Assembly: GCA_013265495.1 (NCBI GenBank)
Contig: MU057711.1
Location: 1,674,001 to 1,738,000, forward strand
Source: Vicugna vicugna
Lineage: Eukaryota
Direction: 5' to 3'
Length of the DNA: 64,000 bases
Part shown: positions 48,901 to 61,880 of the stretch, in pieces
Layout: every line of letters begins with the position of its first letter
Numbering within the stretch: the first letter of the stretch is position 1
Translations under genes and position numbers: made by a program
The notes under the pieces: generated by a model
What the model was told of the DNA's origin: nothing
Seen by the model: the letters and a program-made list of their open reading frames with translations, nothing else
Databases searched by the model: none

Positions 48901-51231
48901 GATCCTGCAGCTGGCGATGGCTGCACCCGTGCAGTCTGTGTGCAGGGCCCACTCTTAACCACAGCACTCTTCTGCCTGCGAAATGTGAAAAGTGCAGCAT
49001 ATGTTGGGGGAACAATGAATAATTCAGCTTGGCAGAAGCACAGGGTATGTGCCATGGAGACGAGCCTGGAAAGGAAGGCGGGGGCCTTATTGATGAGGCT
49101 CCTTGATGCCAGACGAGGCAGCTTGCCCTTAAATCTGGGCCATGGGGAGCCATCGAAGGTATTTGAGCTGTGGAGTTACACGAGAGGCAAGGAACAGGGA
49201 GACGCGCATACCTCCAGCCAAAAAGGCCTATCAGCAGGGCTTTCATGCTCTCGTCCCCCTCGGCTTCCTTCCAGGGTACCCCCCACCGAACCTTCCCCCC
49301 AGCACACACGCTGTATCTTTCCCTTTGGGGAGGGTACAGACGCAGGCGGCCCGCTTCCCTCTCTGCTGTGTATCACCTGGGCAGCCCCTCTCTGCTAGTG
49401 AGCGCTTATTTTTAGCAGCGTTTGACAATCGTCCAAGGGTCTAAGACGAACAGATGGCCTGTCTTAAAGGCTCGTATGTTCGCTAGTTTGCACTTCTGAC
49501 AAACGGTAAGCGCACTCGAGAGCACGCCATAAACAGCGCTGAATGAACACTCAGAACACGATTTAGCTAACGCACGTCATGAAAATTAGGAGTGAGTGAT
49601 GGCCAGGGTTCCCTCTAAACGCCTGCCCGGTGACGCAGCCGCTCTCCCGGGGGCCCAGGCTCTGACGCGTACGCGCCCCACGTCCCACGGGCCCACCCAG
49701 CGAGCCGGCGGCCGCCCGTTTGCAGAGGGCAGGGAGCGGTTTGCCCGTGTGGAAGTGACACCGTCCTTGGCATCAGGAGGGTCTGGAGTGAGGCTGGTGA
49801 CCCACTGGCTCGGGACAAAGCCTGAGATGGCTTACGGGGCCAAGGCAGCTCCTGCACGCGTGGGGATGTGTGTGGGCTTTCCCAGCCCTGCCTCGCAGAC
49901 AGCGAGACAGGCTGTCGTCTGCCACTCCAGAGCAGCAGGAAGTGAGCGTCGCACCCGCTTAGCCGGGGAAGTCTGTCTCTAGAGTGGGAGCCTCAGTTCC
50001 CCCAGAACTCCTGGTGTGGAGGGAGATTCCAGCTTCCAGGGAGCAGCGGGGTTGGCTGGTTTTGGGGGGCAGAATCTGCTGCTTTCTGGTGGAACACAGA
50101 GCAGGAGCAGTCTCAGGGACCTAAAGTCACCTGGGGGCATGTGAGGAAGAGCCACATGGCCCTGACTGCGTCTGCTGAAGGTGTCCCCAAAGGAGCTGAC
50201 CATCTGCTTTCTGCTCTTAGCACCCCAAGCAGGGAAGCAAGTGCCCCCCTCTAAACCCCTCTCGCCAACGCCCAACAGCACCCAGGACACATGAGCCCAA
50301 GGCGGGTGGCCTGGCCAGTAACCAGATCCATGAGCGGGAAAAACAGCATCCTTCGAGTGAAAATGTGGGAGAAAATGATGTTGAGGGAAAAAAAAAAGCT
50401 CAATAAACTCCCAAGGCGGCAGGTTCTGTACTGCTGTGCTTTGGAAATAAAACCCACTGGAGAATAGATTATTAGGAGGGAACTGAAGCCTTCTATTAGG
50501 AACTCAGCCCGTAAACAGGCTCCCATTCACAGTCACCCAACAAAACAAGGGAACTAACAATACCCGCCCAGAGGGACCATGGGCTCCGGGGAGCCGCACT
50601 TCAGCACGCAAATGGGTCCAGGCAGCCTGTCTGTCAGCAGAGAATCCCAGGCAAAAGCCTCGACTGTAGATAGCTGCTGCGCACGGGAAAGCGAGGGGCA
50701 ACGGCCGTGTCACAGGTGGAGGAAGGTGAAATCTTTCCAGGGCTGCTTACAGATCTGCCCCTCCTCGGCGGCAAGCCTGACCCTGAGCCCAGAGTTAATT
50801 TGACTACCACTGTTGTTGTTTCTCCAAAGGGAGGTGGGGGTCCCTGGGGGCCAGGGTACCTAGCAGACTCAGGACTAAGGGCAGAGAATCAAGGGTCCTG
50901 GCAATGTTGTGCCAGGCAACCACAAGCTCCTGCTATGGACTCTGGCCCCACTCCTGGGTGGGGACACTGTGTTGGCCTGTCACGGGTCACTAGGAAGTTC
51001 ATTCTGAGCACATCAGCCAAGGGTCTGCTTGGAACCAGCCCCTGGGATTGATCTCAAATACAAATGAAGACATGCTCCCCTGCCCCCCACAAAGCTTGAG
51101 TGAAACCCCTAAAAGATATGATTCTATCCTGCTGGAGCAGGGCAGGAGTCTGAGCGCACATGCCACTGCAGAGCCTGAGGAGAGACCAAGTGCAGGTGCT
51201 GAAATTCCATTAAAGATGGCGCTGGAGTAGT

Positions 51232-51372
51232 GGGGAGGGTGTAGCTCAGTGGGAGAGTGTGTGCTTAGCATGCGCGAGGTCCTGGGTTCAAGCCCCAGCA
51301 CCTCCATTAAAATAAATAAATAAATAAACCTAATTACCTCAACCCCCACCAAAAAAAAGTATCAATTAAAAA
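51232..51372 (+). mobile_element. tRNA-derived SINE (camelid Vic-1-like), well preserved
   Basis: A-box TAGCTCAGTGG, B-box GGTTCAAGCC, (AAAT)n and AAACCTAATTACCTC tail; TSD ATGGCGCTGG at 51216-51225 and 51373-51382. Confidence 0.9.
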
Positions 51373-52519
51373 ATGGCGCTGGGTGAATGGGCTCCCAAAG
51401 CCAAGAGAGGGGCCTCTCATCCCACCTCAAAACGTATCTGCTGCTCTTAGTGGTGGTCAAAAAAAATGTGCACAGAACTCTCTGGAAGCCTGAAACATCC
51501 TATCCATGGGGCCCCAAACTCACAGTAAAGGTTGAGATACTGGGAAACAGTGGCTGATGCCAGGAGACCTAGCTGCAGGGGGCAGGGCTCCTCTGACCTG
51601 GACAAAGGCCTCCCGGTCGGGTCCACACAAGTGAGCCTGGCCCAGGCCACGTGCAAAGCCAAAGTAATAAGTGGTCTGTGTCACCCGAGACCCCAAGCCT
51701 CGTAAGAAAGGGGCAGCTCCAGGCAATGACGGCCCCACAGGAATGCAGGCCCAGTGCTGCCAGTGCTGCTGGTTCTGCAGGGAAAACTGAAAAATCGAGG
51801 TTTTTTTTAATAGAAAATATCTTGATGTTTAAAGCATGATGCCGCCAATAAGAACATGTTTGCAGGTCAAATCTGGCCCTCGGGCTGCCAGCTTGAGGCT
51901 GCTGGTATTCTAAGAGGCCCTCGAGACGCTTGAGACATCTTCCAGTATAATGACTGGCTAATGCGTAGGGCGGAGCGGGGGTGGGTGGTGCCATCAGATG
52001 GCACATGGCCCGTTATAATTTAGGGTCCTCGCCTGAGGGAATGAGATGTGGGACCTTGCACGGTTATGTTCTGAAGAAGAGGATGGAGGGTAGAAGATGA
52101 AGTTCTGTGTGGCCAGCGTGGTCCTGCAGGTCCCAGGTACCACTGCCTGGTGAGTGGGGCCCACCACGTGGCCTGAGTGTTTCCCGGTGGGCCGGGTGCT
52201 AGCAAACCAAGGAAACCCGCCTTCCCTAGGGTCACCCAGGAGTGACAATGTGGCTGGGCTGTCTCAAGGAGGGGGACCAGGCAGCCCCTCCCTCAATCAC
52301 TCGAAGAGAGCAGCACCAGTTTGCCATATCCACCCCGTTAAAGATTCTTAATGATTATCCCCTCATACCTTCCTTTCTTCCAAAGAACTTGAGACTCCTC
52401 CCACCCATCACCCACCGTATCTCACAGGGGAGAAGGAGAGAGCCAGGTACTGTGGGGGACTGCCACTGGGGGCGCTTGTACAACAGGGCTCCCCTTCCCT
52501 CCCTCACCTATGCCCACCC

Positions 52520-52742
52520 TCAAACACACACACTCACAGAAACCCCAAAATGAAATGCGCATACACACATACTCAAGGATACCCCGCAGTCACACATGCA
52601 CAACACACGCTCATGGATACCTGACAGTGAAACACACACACACGTATAACACAAATTCACAGATGCTCATGGACACCCCACAGTCCCAGGCACACATGTG
52701 CACGTGCACACACAAACACACACAGAGACATTACACAGACAC
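52520..52742. repeat. Degenerate CA-rich repeat
   Basis: Interrupted (CA)n with two GCTCATGGA(T/C)ACC units. Confidence 0.8.
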
Positions 52743-53574
52743 CGTGCTGCAAAGTGGTTCAGGGGTTGGTTATTGTTATTTCTGGCCTTTCGTCTCCCCA
52801 CGCCGTGCAGCTAACCTTCCCACACTCACACCACTGCAGCGACTCCTCCTGAAAGCCCCCATCTGCCGATGACACGGGTTCCTGCTGGGGCTCCCTCTTT
52901 CTGGCTGATGAAGCATCAGGAAAATAAAGTCCTGTGAGAGGCACGTCCCGGGTTCTCTTCCAGGGAGCAGGGAAGTGGGAGATCTCTGCTTAGCCCCGCA
53001 GTGGGCTCCAACCACACCCAGAAGAAACTCAGGCCCCGGACCCCAGCTCCCAGCCCTGACAGTCTTACAAGGTCTGGCTCCTGCTGGCCCCGAAGCCTCA
53101 GCTTCTCCCAGCTCCGCAGGCAGGCCAAGCTCCTTCCCAGCTCGGCCCTCACAGGGGCCACTCCGCTGCCCAGGATGCTCCCCCCAGTCTTGCCAGGCTC
53201 CTCCGCATCTGATTTCTGTTCCCTGGGAAAGCCCTTGAGCCCACGTGATAAGTGACCCCTGTCTTGGGGCAGCTCGGCACCTGCACAGGTATCTTTCCAG
53301 CACTTTCCTCAATCTACAATGACAGGATGTTTCCCTGGCCTTTGAGAGGCCATAAGCTGCAGGCAGGGAACTCATCTCTGTCCTCTGCTGGGCCCTGTGT
53401 CGGCTCAGAGCCCACACTTGCTAATGACTCAGTGAGTATTTCTGAAATGACAGCCAGCGAGCTATGGTAGTGAGGCAAAGCCTCCACTGACAGGGCTGGG
53501 GAGAGAAGAAATAGGGTTGCCCTCTCCTCCGTGTCCCTCGCCCAGCCCAGGGCACATTCTACTTTTCTCTTAGA

Positions 53575-53957
53575 AGTGGAGGGATCCTTTGAAGACGTTA
53601 TGCTAAATGCAACGAGCCAGTCACGGAAGGACAAAGACTGTAGGTAGGATTCACTACTGTGAGGGTCCCAGAGACAGGAAGTAGAATCATGGTTTCCAGG
53701 GGCTGCGGGGAGGGGGGATGGGGACTTAGTGTCTAATGGGGACAGAGTTTCAGTTTGGGAAGGTGGAAAATTTCTATGGATGGTGTTGATAGTTGTACAT
53801 CAACGTGAACGTACTTAGTTTCATGACCGCTTCCTCATATGCTCTTTATACCATGCCTAACTGCTACCCATCTCTCCTCCCACTGAACTGTCTACTTAAA
53901 AATGATTAAGATGGTAAATTTTATGTTATATGTATTTTACCACAATTTAAAAAAATT
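53575..53957 (+). mobile_element. L1MB-type 3' end fragment
   Basis: TTGAAGACGTTATGCTAAATG...GGGGACAGAGTTTCAGTTTGGGAAG...AAGATGGTAAATTTTATGTTATATGTATTTTACCACAATTTAAAAAAA. Confidence 0.9.
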
Positions 53958-54619
53958 GGGTGGGATCTTATGGAGCAAGAGGCCAGGTGGGAGGGTGAGA
54001 TGTCGCATTCTACACCAAAAGCTGGTGTAGATGGCAGTGCAAATCCTGAGCTGTCACCCTCATGACTCTGGCTCCAGGGTTGGAAGCTGGAAGTTGCACA
54101 GACTGTAGCAGCGAGACGCAGCCTGTTGAGGCCTCGGGTGGATGGGAGGGACCAGCAGGATCCAGGGGTCACATCGCTGGGGGGCACTGGCCATAAGACC
54201 ATCTCCACCTCTGTGATGCACAGGTGCCCAAGCGTATCGCTATTGTCAATGGCACGGCTCCCAGCACCAGGTCACAGAAGAACAGAGGACCTTGGGAGAC
54301 CTCTGGAACCAGGAGCTCATGCCCTGAGCAGAGTGGCCTGAGCCTCGCTGCAGAGAGAGGCCTCCCTTGTAGTCACCGCCAAGTCTAAAGGACTGGGGCC
54401 CAGATAGTTTTCACACCCTGCTGGATGGAAGCATTTCCTTTGCTGCTTCAGTGGGGGAGGCAGGAAGGCGAGCAGGAGGCACACCTCCAGGCATATTTTG
54501 CCATGTTGGGGGGAAAAAAGTGGGAGGGAGTTTTTCCCTTTAATTTTTTCTGAAATCTTTCTAGGCCTTTACAGCTTTAAATATTTATTCATTAAAATTT
54601 GATGAGAAAACTCAGCTCC

Positions 54620-54731
54620 ATATATAGCCATCATAGTTCACAAGCCAAAAAATCAGGACAGATAGCCAATAGCTGGGATGGAAGACTTGAAATCAGGACT
54701 GTCCTGGAAAATCTAGGTCACACGGTCACTA
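54620..54731. mobile_element. hAT-Blackjack MITE relic (MER81/MER94-like)
   Basis: AAATCAGGACTGTCCTGGAAAATCTAGGTCACACGGTCACTA resembles the MER81/MER94 end. Confidence 0.6.
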
Positions 54732-55621
54732 ATTATACAGAACACATATGTTCAGTCCCTCAACTAAACCAGTGCTTTCTGGTTTTATAAATGATATTTT
54801 AAAACTTTGATCATATCCATTTCTTCTTTCCTCCAAATTTTTTGCTAAGACTTTCCTGCGTCTTCAAAATTTCTAAAAATTCACCCCTGCAGATGGAGAG
54901 CTGTTCTGGCAGATTATTCTGAGGATGGTCCTCCTCAGAAAACATGGCTCATCACCCCCCAAAATGTCTTCCAGAGCCCACGCGGCCCAGCCCCCTTGCT
55001 GACAGCCCCCCAGGCTGCAGGGCCAGAAGTTCTGGAGACGGACCTAATTTGCTGTGATGAATTGTGTGCACGCACCAGCGATCAAAACTGCAGCTGAGAC
55101 CGATTATATTTAATGATCGCGAAGGTTCTTATGAAAACACTTGGGCGTATATCCTGGTCCATTCGGAGAGGACGTCCAGTCTGGCACAAAGCAAGGGGCT
55201 AAGGGTGACCCCCTAGCACCTAGAAAGGCAGGGCTCCTTGGGAGCGGGGCCCACTGACAGGGCTGAAGAACACTGTGGCCCAGCCTGCAATGCCTTGTCT
55301 GCTCTCTCGTACACACTCAGCTTCCAGCCAAACTGTGGGCACATCATCACTGCCCACACACCTGCCCCACCTTGACCAAGAGCCCTACGCCCTCCCTTCC
55401 ATCACCAGAACTTGCTGGTTTCCATGAGGCAAACCAAGGATCATTTAGATCTCCAGTCCATCCTGTCCCACTCAACTCCCCAGAAGGGTGTGTGCATGCA
55501 TGTGGGGGGGACATGTGCAGTTTTAGGGTGGGAGGAGGGTTGGGTAGCAGTTAAGCATGGAATTAAGAGCATGTGAGGAAGGGGTCATGAAAGCTGTGTA
55601 GTTCCCAGCACTCAGCACTCA

Positions 55622-55840
55622 ATAATGATGGATGGCTGGATGGTGGATGAGTGGGTAGATGACGGTTGGATGAGTGGATGGATGGAAAGATGGACAGTAG
55701 ATGAGTGGGTGACGGATGGATGGATAGACGAACAGACAAGTGAATGTGTAGATGAATGGATGGGGCAGGTGGGTGAATGGGAGGAGAAAGAAGAGTACAT
55801 GAATAAATAAACGGGTAGGAGGGTGGATGGGTTGGTGGAA
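55622..55840. repeat. Degenerate (GATG/TGGA)n simple repeat
   Basis: Read directly from the sequence. Confidence 0.9.
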
Positions 55841-56599
55841 ATACAGTGGGCTTTGGAATTCAAATCTAGCTTTAGCCACTTAAAATACATATATGACCCA
55901 AAGTAAGTCATTTTTCTAAGTGCCTGTTTACTCACCTGAAAAATGGGACAAATAATATTTGTTATGAGCTTCAAATTAGGTAACACATGTCAAAATTTTT
56001 ACTATATGTAAAGTGGTACACAGACACTTAATAGTGTCATAATCAATGCTAACCACAAGGCTTTGCCATCCCTGTCAACGCAAAAGCACAGGTGACCGCA
56101 CATTTTTGATGTGGCAGCTTCAAAAGGAAGGATGGGGAGACTGAGATGGCACTGTAAGGATACAGCTGTTGGTCTGAGCATCCACGTCTGGTTTCAGTGG
56201 GGGAACCTGTCACTGAGCTGGAGAGCAGGGAGCCCCACCTGTCTCCCTCTTCAAATACCCAAACTCAAATGGGTGGAATACACTCCCCACTCCCACCCCG
56301 GGCCCTGCTCCCCCCAGCCTCAGTTTTCAGGTCTGCAAAATTTCTAGTGGTTCCCAGCTGTGGAGGCGCCAGGGAGATAATATTTGCAAACTGTGAAGTG
56401 CTGCAACAGGGCCTCAAACTCAGAGCCCAGGAGGGTAATGAACCAGGTGAGGCCGACCAGGTGTGGGGCGGGGTGGGGGAGGGTGTTAAACCAGAGATCA
56501 CATCCCCGTGTCTAAAGAGGACAGCTGATTGTTGTCATGCAGGGCTGTGGTCCAGGGGCTGCCAGGTCTCATTTGCAGAAAAAATCAAGAAATCTAGCC

Positions 56600-56812
56600 A
56601 TTTAGTGTGGTGGTAAAAGGGACAGAATCCGGGGCCGGGGGCCTAGGTCTAGCATTGACCAGCTCTGTGACCTTGGGGAGTTAGTTAACCTCTCTGTGCC
56701 TCAGTTCTCTTATCCCAGTAATAGAGGCATTATGAAGACTGAATGTCTTCATGCATGGAAGTGCTAAGAATAATGACCGGCACTTAATAAGCACTATATT
56801 AATGTTAGCCAC
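56600..56812 (+). mobile_element. MIR, near full length
   Basis: TAGTGTGGTGGTAAAAG...CTGTGACCTTGGGGAGTTAGTTAACCTCTCTGTGCCTCAGTT...GGCACTTAATAAGCACTATATTAATGTTAGC. Confidence 0.88.
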
Positions 56813-57131
56813 TATAATTACAGGAAATCTCCACTTTGAAACATAGACAACCATGTAAAGGTTCTCAAATCCCCAGGGCCACAGACTGCGTTTTCACCCT
56901 TCATTCTGTAAAGATGCTCGATGTTACTATGATAACAATATTTCTCTGGGTGTGTCCTCTCCCCTCCATATGAAGGGAAGCTGGATGGGACACTTCTCCA
57001 TCATTCTGGAGCACCTGACAGGAAGGAAAGGGTTGGCATGCTCCCTTATCCCACAGGGAACCCTGATCCCTGCCCCAGACAATTTCAGCATCTGGCTTCC
57101 TCCTCACCGTCCACCATGCTTCCTACCCAAG

Positions 57132-57307
57132 CCATATTTTATCTCTTCTAAGACTCCAAAGAATATAAGCTGCCCCAGTATTTGATGTATCACAACAAGC
57201 AAACATACAAAAAATGACCAATTAAACTCTAACATACAAGTGAAGTATTCCGATCTAGGAACGAGAGAAGAAAGCTGTGCATCTTAGAATATGTCAGTGG
57301 AATATGC
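57132..57307. mobile_element. TcMar-Tigger MITE relic (MamRep434-like)
   Basis: Degenerate TIRs CCATATTTTATCTCTTCTAAGAC and GCATCTTAGAATATGTCAGTGGAATATG. Confidence 0.55.
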
Positions 57308-60300
57308 TAATAGCTACCATATACTGAGCTCCTGCCGGGCTGCCTGGTCTTCATACATTGTCTTTACATGTCCCCAGTTGTCCCCATTCTACTGATGAAG
57401 AAACTGAGGCTCAGAAGGGTAAAGCAACGTGCTAAGTTATGCACCAGGTAAGAGGTGGTGCTTGGATTTAAGCCCAAATGGCTTGGTCCTAAGGCTACCT
57501 CCTCCCCTCTCACTGTCCCCTGCCCACCCCCTCTGCCTCCTGCCAGCAGTGAAAGAAGACACCAAACAGAACCTGTCGTCTGCACTCGCCCATATCACAG
57601 CACACAGCCCTGGCTGAGCCCTAGCCAGTCCATGCTTGATTCTGTCTAAACTCCAGAAGCAGAACGAGTTGGGCCATATCCGTTATTGACACAGCAAAAT
57701 TAATTTCTGCCGTATCCTCCCTCTCCCTCCACGCCCGGCCCCCACCCCGGCCTCTCCTGTGAGTGCTGACGCGCGGCTGCTGACTGGCGCTCCCGAAATG
57801 CCAACTTGCATTTCTCATCATTAATTTCCTTCTAAATGTCATTAGTAATTGTTCCTGCTCGACCAAAGAGTGCCATCCGGGCTTCCGCCGAGAGCACCCG
57901 CTTCTCAGCTCTCCACCGGAGGGGGCCAAGCACCCCCAGCCACCCAGACCCTGGCATATTGGCAGGGGGCAGCCAGCCTGCTCCCAACAAGCGGAGCAGA
58001 CAGACTGTGGTGCCGAGAGACAAAGCAGGCCTCCTTTTTCACACATGTGGGGCTCTGTAGCAGGAAAAAGCCTGCGCCCGGTGTCAGGGCAGTGGGTCAA
58101 TGCTCAGGCTCTACAGCCAGACTGCCCAGGTTCAAATTCCATCTCTGCCACTGCCTAGTGTGCCTCAGTCTCCCCCTCTGCAAAATGGGGAGAGCAACCA
58201 CTTTGGCCTCAAAGGATGGTCCTGAGGACAAAACAGGATAATCAATGCAAAGATCTCCCCATCATCCCTGGGGTTGTTCCCCACCCCTCCTGGCCTCTCA
58301 GGCTCTGCTCTGCCATTTACTGTGTGGCATGATCTCCAGTCTCCCATCTGAAAGTGGGACAGCGACATCACAACAATTCTATCCCCGTCACCCCTCCTTA
58401 GGCCCTCCTGGGCCCAGGCACTGTGTCCCGTGTCTCACAAACAATATGGGGCATCCCTGCATTAACCCTCCCTGAGAGGCAGCATCAACCCATTGCCCAG
58501 GTGGGACGGTGAGTCTCCGAGGGGAAGTCACATGCCCAAGGTCACAGGGACCTTGAAGACGCAACTGACATTCACACCGTCTGGCCCCCAAGGTCCTGGG
58601 TCTTTCCCGTACATCGACTGCCTCTTTGTCTAAGTCAATGACGGGGGCAGGGCTTTGTACGAGGCCTGGGAGCCCTGGACCAACGTGCACCCACTCTTCT
58701 AGTATTGTTGTTTCTAAGAAACTGAAGGCATTCGGTCCCGGCTGGGTCAGCGCCGGCAAGGGGCTGGGCTCACAACACATACAATGGCCGCCGGCTTCAG
58801 GATCCTGGCAGCTCCCCCAAGCCCATCTGTCGCCATGGCATGGTGCCCCTCTAAAGTTGGTTGGGCCCCCGCCCTAGGGCATGAATGACAGGTTCCGATG
58901 GGCAGACGGGCAGCCCGAGGCCGATTCCAAGTGCCATCTCTGCCCAGAGCTGGCCCTTGGGGGGAGCCCCCCAGCCCCACCTGGGCCTCCACACACTTCA
59001 TCGCTCAGGCCGGCAAAGCCCCGGGGCTTGTGAGGGCATCTGGGCACAGCCAGGCGCAGGCTTCTCCTGGGCCTGTCCCTTCCTTGTTCCTCTCTGCAGT
59101 GACCACGGCAGCCACAGCTCACTCAGAGCAAGGCATCCATGTGCCCCGGGAGCCGTGCGGCCTCTGAGTCACCCTCTGGAACTCTTGCCCTCCTGGGAGG
59201 TGAGGCCTGCCTGCACCCAGCACCCAGCACCCAGAGGCCTGCCCTTAGCTCCTAAGGGCTTGACAGTCACCAGCAAGCCCACTGCCCCAGCCTCGGGGCC
59301 GAGAACACAGACACTAGTGTCAGACTGCCTGTGTTCACAGCCCTGCCCCTCTAGCAGCTGGTGAGCCTCAGTTTACCTACTTATGACATGGAGCTCATAA
59401 GATGCCACACTTGTGGGGCCACTGTGGGTTCTCAAAAGATTGCACATGTGGAGAGATGGAGTCAGACTCCCAGACTACATTGGGGTGAGAGGTGAGGGGC
59501 TCAGGCCTATGTCCGGCCTCAGAAGGACAAGGAGCAGCGTCAGTGCTCACCCCTCAGGCTTCTCCAGATGCAGACGCTAAACCACACACGGCCCACCAGG
59601 AGGCTCACCTCCCCTACGTGGTGGCAAGACAGCATGACTGTGACAATGACGATACACTATCCTGTGAGTGGGAAGGGACTTGCCCCACTCAAGAGTGCAT
59701 CAACTAGGAGACAGACGGACAGGCCTGGAGACACAGTGAAGAAGGGGCAGAGCCCAGGCCCCCGGGACCCCTGCAACGTCACGTGGGGCCCGGCTTTGGG
59801 TTCTACCGGCTACAGCAGCTCTGCTGTGTGAGACAGGACTGAGATGACGGGCTATGATGCTAGGTTCTCGTGCAGTGTATTATACTAGGTTAAGCCGCAA
59901 ACAGGGAGTCAACACTCTTCCTGTCTGTCCTCATCAGCTCACTGCTCCTCTCCCCACGTACTTGAGGGATGGAGGCCTCTCTGTGTCCCCAGCACCGCCA
60001 CACACCTGGCACATGGGAGGTGCTCAGCCAACATCCATGGGCTGCACTGAGTACATCCATGCACAACGGGCTGAGAAATGAGTCGTGAAGCAATGAACCA
60101 AAGCCCACGGGCAGCAGAGCCTGGTTACAAATGGTGACAAGAGTGGCAGATCCTTACTGAACCTGGATTCCAGCTAGATCAGGTGCTGAAGGCTTTACAG
60201 ACACCACCGCCTCCGGTCCCCCCAACACCCATAGGAAGAGACTATTACCCACCCCACATCCGCTGAGGATCAGAGAGGGTCAGTGACTTGCTCAAGGTCA

Positions 60301-61459
60301 CACAGCGGCTCGGTGGACAGGGATGGGATTTGCAGCCAGGCTGTGGCACACAGTGTGGGCACGGCACTGCCGCACCATATTGCCACAATGAACAGAAATT
60401 GGGCTGTGCTGGGCTCCGGTTTCCTGCCCTAGTGAGGAAGGCAGGACACACAAAGGGATCACACCCTGAAATGTGTAGTAATGACCTACAGGAAGCTTTA
60501 TATTCTAAGTGCTCTCCAAGTGCTTTCTGCACGTGAACTCTCCTTCACGAATCCCGAGGCAGTAGGACCCACCCCATTGCACAGACTCGGAAACTGAGGC
60601 CAGAAAAGTACAAGCATCTGCAATAATCAACAGTGGAGGTGGGACAACCAGGGGAGGACTCCAAAGCCAGCAACAGGTGCTAACTGCCTGGCCTCATTGC
60701 TGGGTGTCACCAGACGCCTCCCTCTTACTCCCCCAGGCCAAGCCCAGCCAGGCCTGGCTCTCCCTGCAGGGGTGGGTGCCACAGATCGGGCTATCTTTAA
60801 AGCAGGAAGGAGGAAGACAGTGCTCCTCACAGAACACTCAGCCAAAGAGTCAAATGCTAAGTATGTGCCTAGAGCACTTTCAATTTTTAATTATTATTAG
60901 TTATAATTATCTGGCTGGATCTGACAGCAGCAGCGCAAAGAGGCAAGGAAACTGGCTCCTTGGTTACCCATCTTATAAGGACCAGAAATTTAGAAAATTG
61001 GGCTTCTAGAATCTGCAGTTGCAACATTCCTTCTTTTCCCCCTTTCCTTGTTTGTGTTCTCTTTCCTTTATTTCTAGGTGCTAAAAACAAATATGGTAAA
61101 ACATGGTGGATGGATGAGTGGAAGGCTGGCTGGCTGGCTGGATGGCAGAAAGAGGCTCCACCTCCAAAAACTCACATTAGGATGGGAAGTCAGGTGCAGA
61201 CATGTTGTGACAATCTGTACAGGCAAGGGATCAGGGGTTAAATGCAGGGCTGGAGAAGCCCAAGGAGGGAGCACAAGGGAGGCCTTCTCAGAGAAAGGAC
61301 CACTCGAGCTGGGGCCTGAAGACTGAGAGGAAGGGAAAGATATTCAAGCAGAAGACTCAGCAAGAAAGGTGCATCCCAGAAGCTGAGACAAGAACAGCCC
61401 ACAAGTACAAAACAGGAGGCTGCTCACCCCTCTCTGACCCGAATGCCCTTTTCTCTGTT

Positions 61460-61880
61460 CCTTAGCCTCCCCAGATCTGCCCCTGCCTCTGAGCCTTTGC
61501 ACTGGCTGTTCCCTCTCCTGAAAGCTCCCGGGCTCTTCCCCACACTGGCTCCTTCTCAACCTTCAGGACTCAGTTGAAATGCCAGCCTTCCTTGACCACC
61601 TGATCTGATTTTTCACTCTCAACGTTCCCTCCCCCACACGCCGACACAGATGCACACATGTATGTGTACACACACTTCATCTTCTGTCCCAATGCAATGT
61701 GTTACTGTCTTCAAAATCCCACAATCTGAAATGACCTCATTCATGTATTTACTGACGAATCATCAGTGTCTCCTGTAGAATGTCGGCTCCATGAGAACAG
61801 GGACCAGTGTACAAGCCCAGGGCCCCAGGTCGGCGCCTATAATAGGTACTCAGTAAATGTTTGTTACATGAAAATGGAAT
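61460..61880 (+). mobile_element. L2 3' fragment
   Basis: GAGCCTTTGCACTGGCTGTTCCCTCTCCTG...TAGAATGTCGGCTCCATGAGAACAGGGACC...TAGGTACTCAGTAAATGTTTGTT. Confidence 0.85.

Noticed and set aside
51232..51305. tRNA gene (also 17638 and 37071)
   Set aside because: A and B boxes are present, but AT-rich tails and TSDs show these are SINEs.
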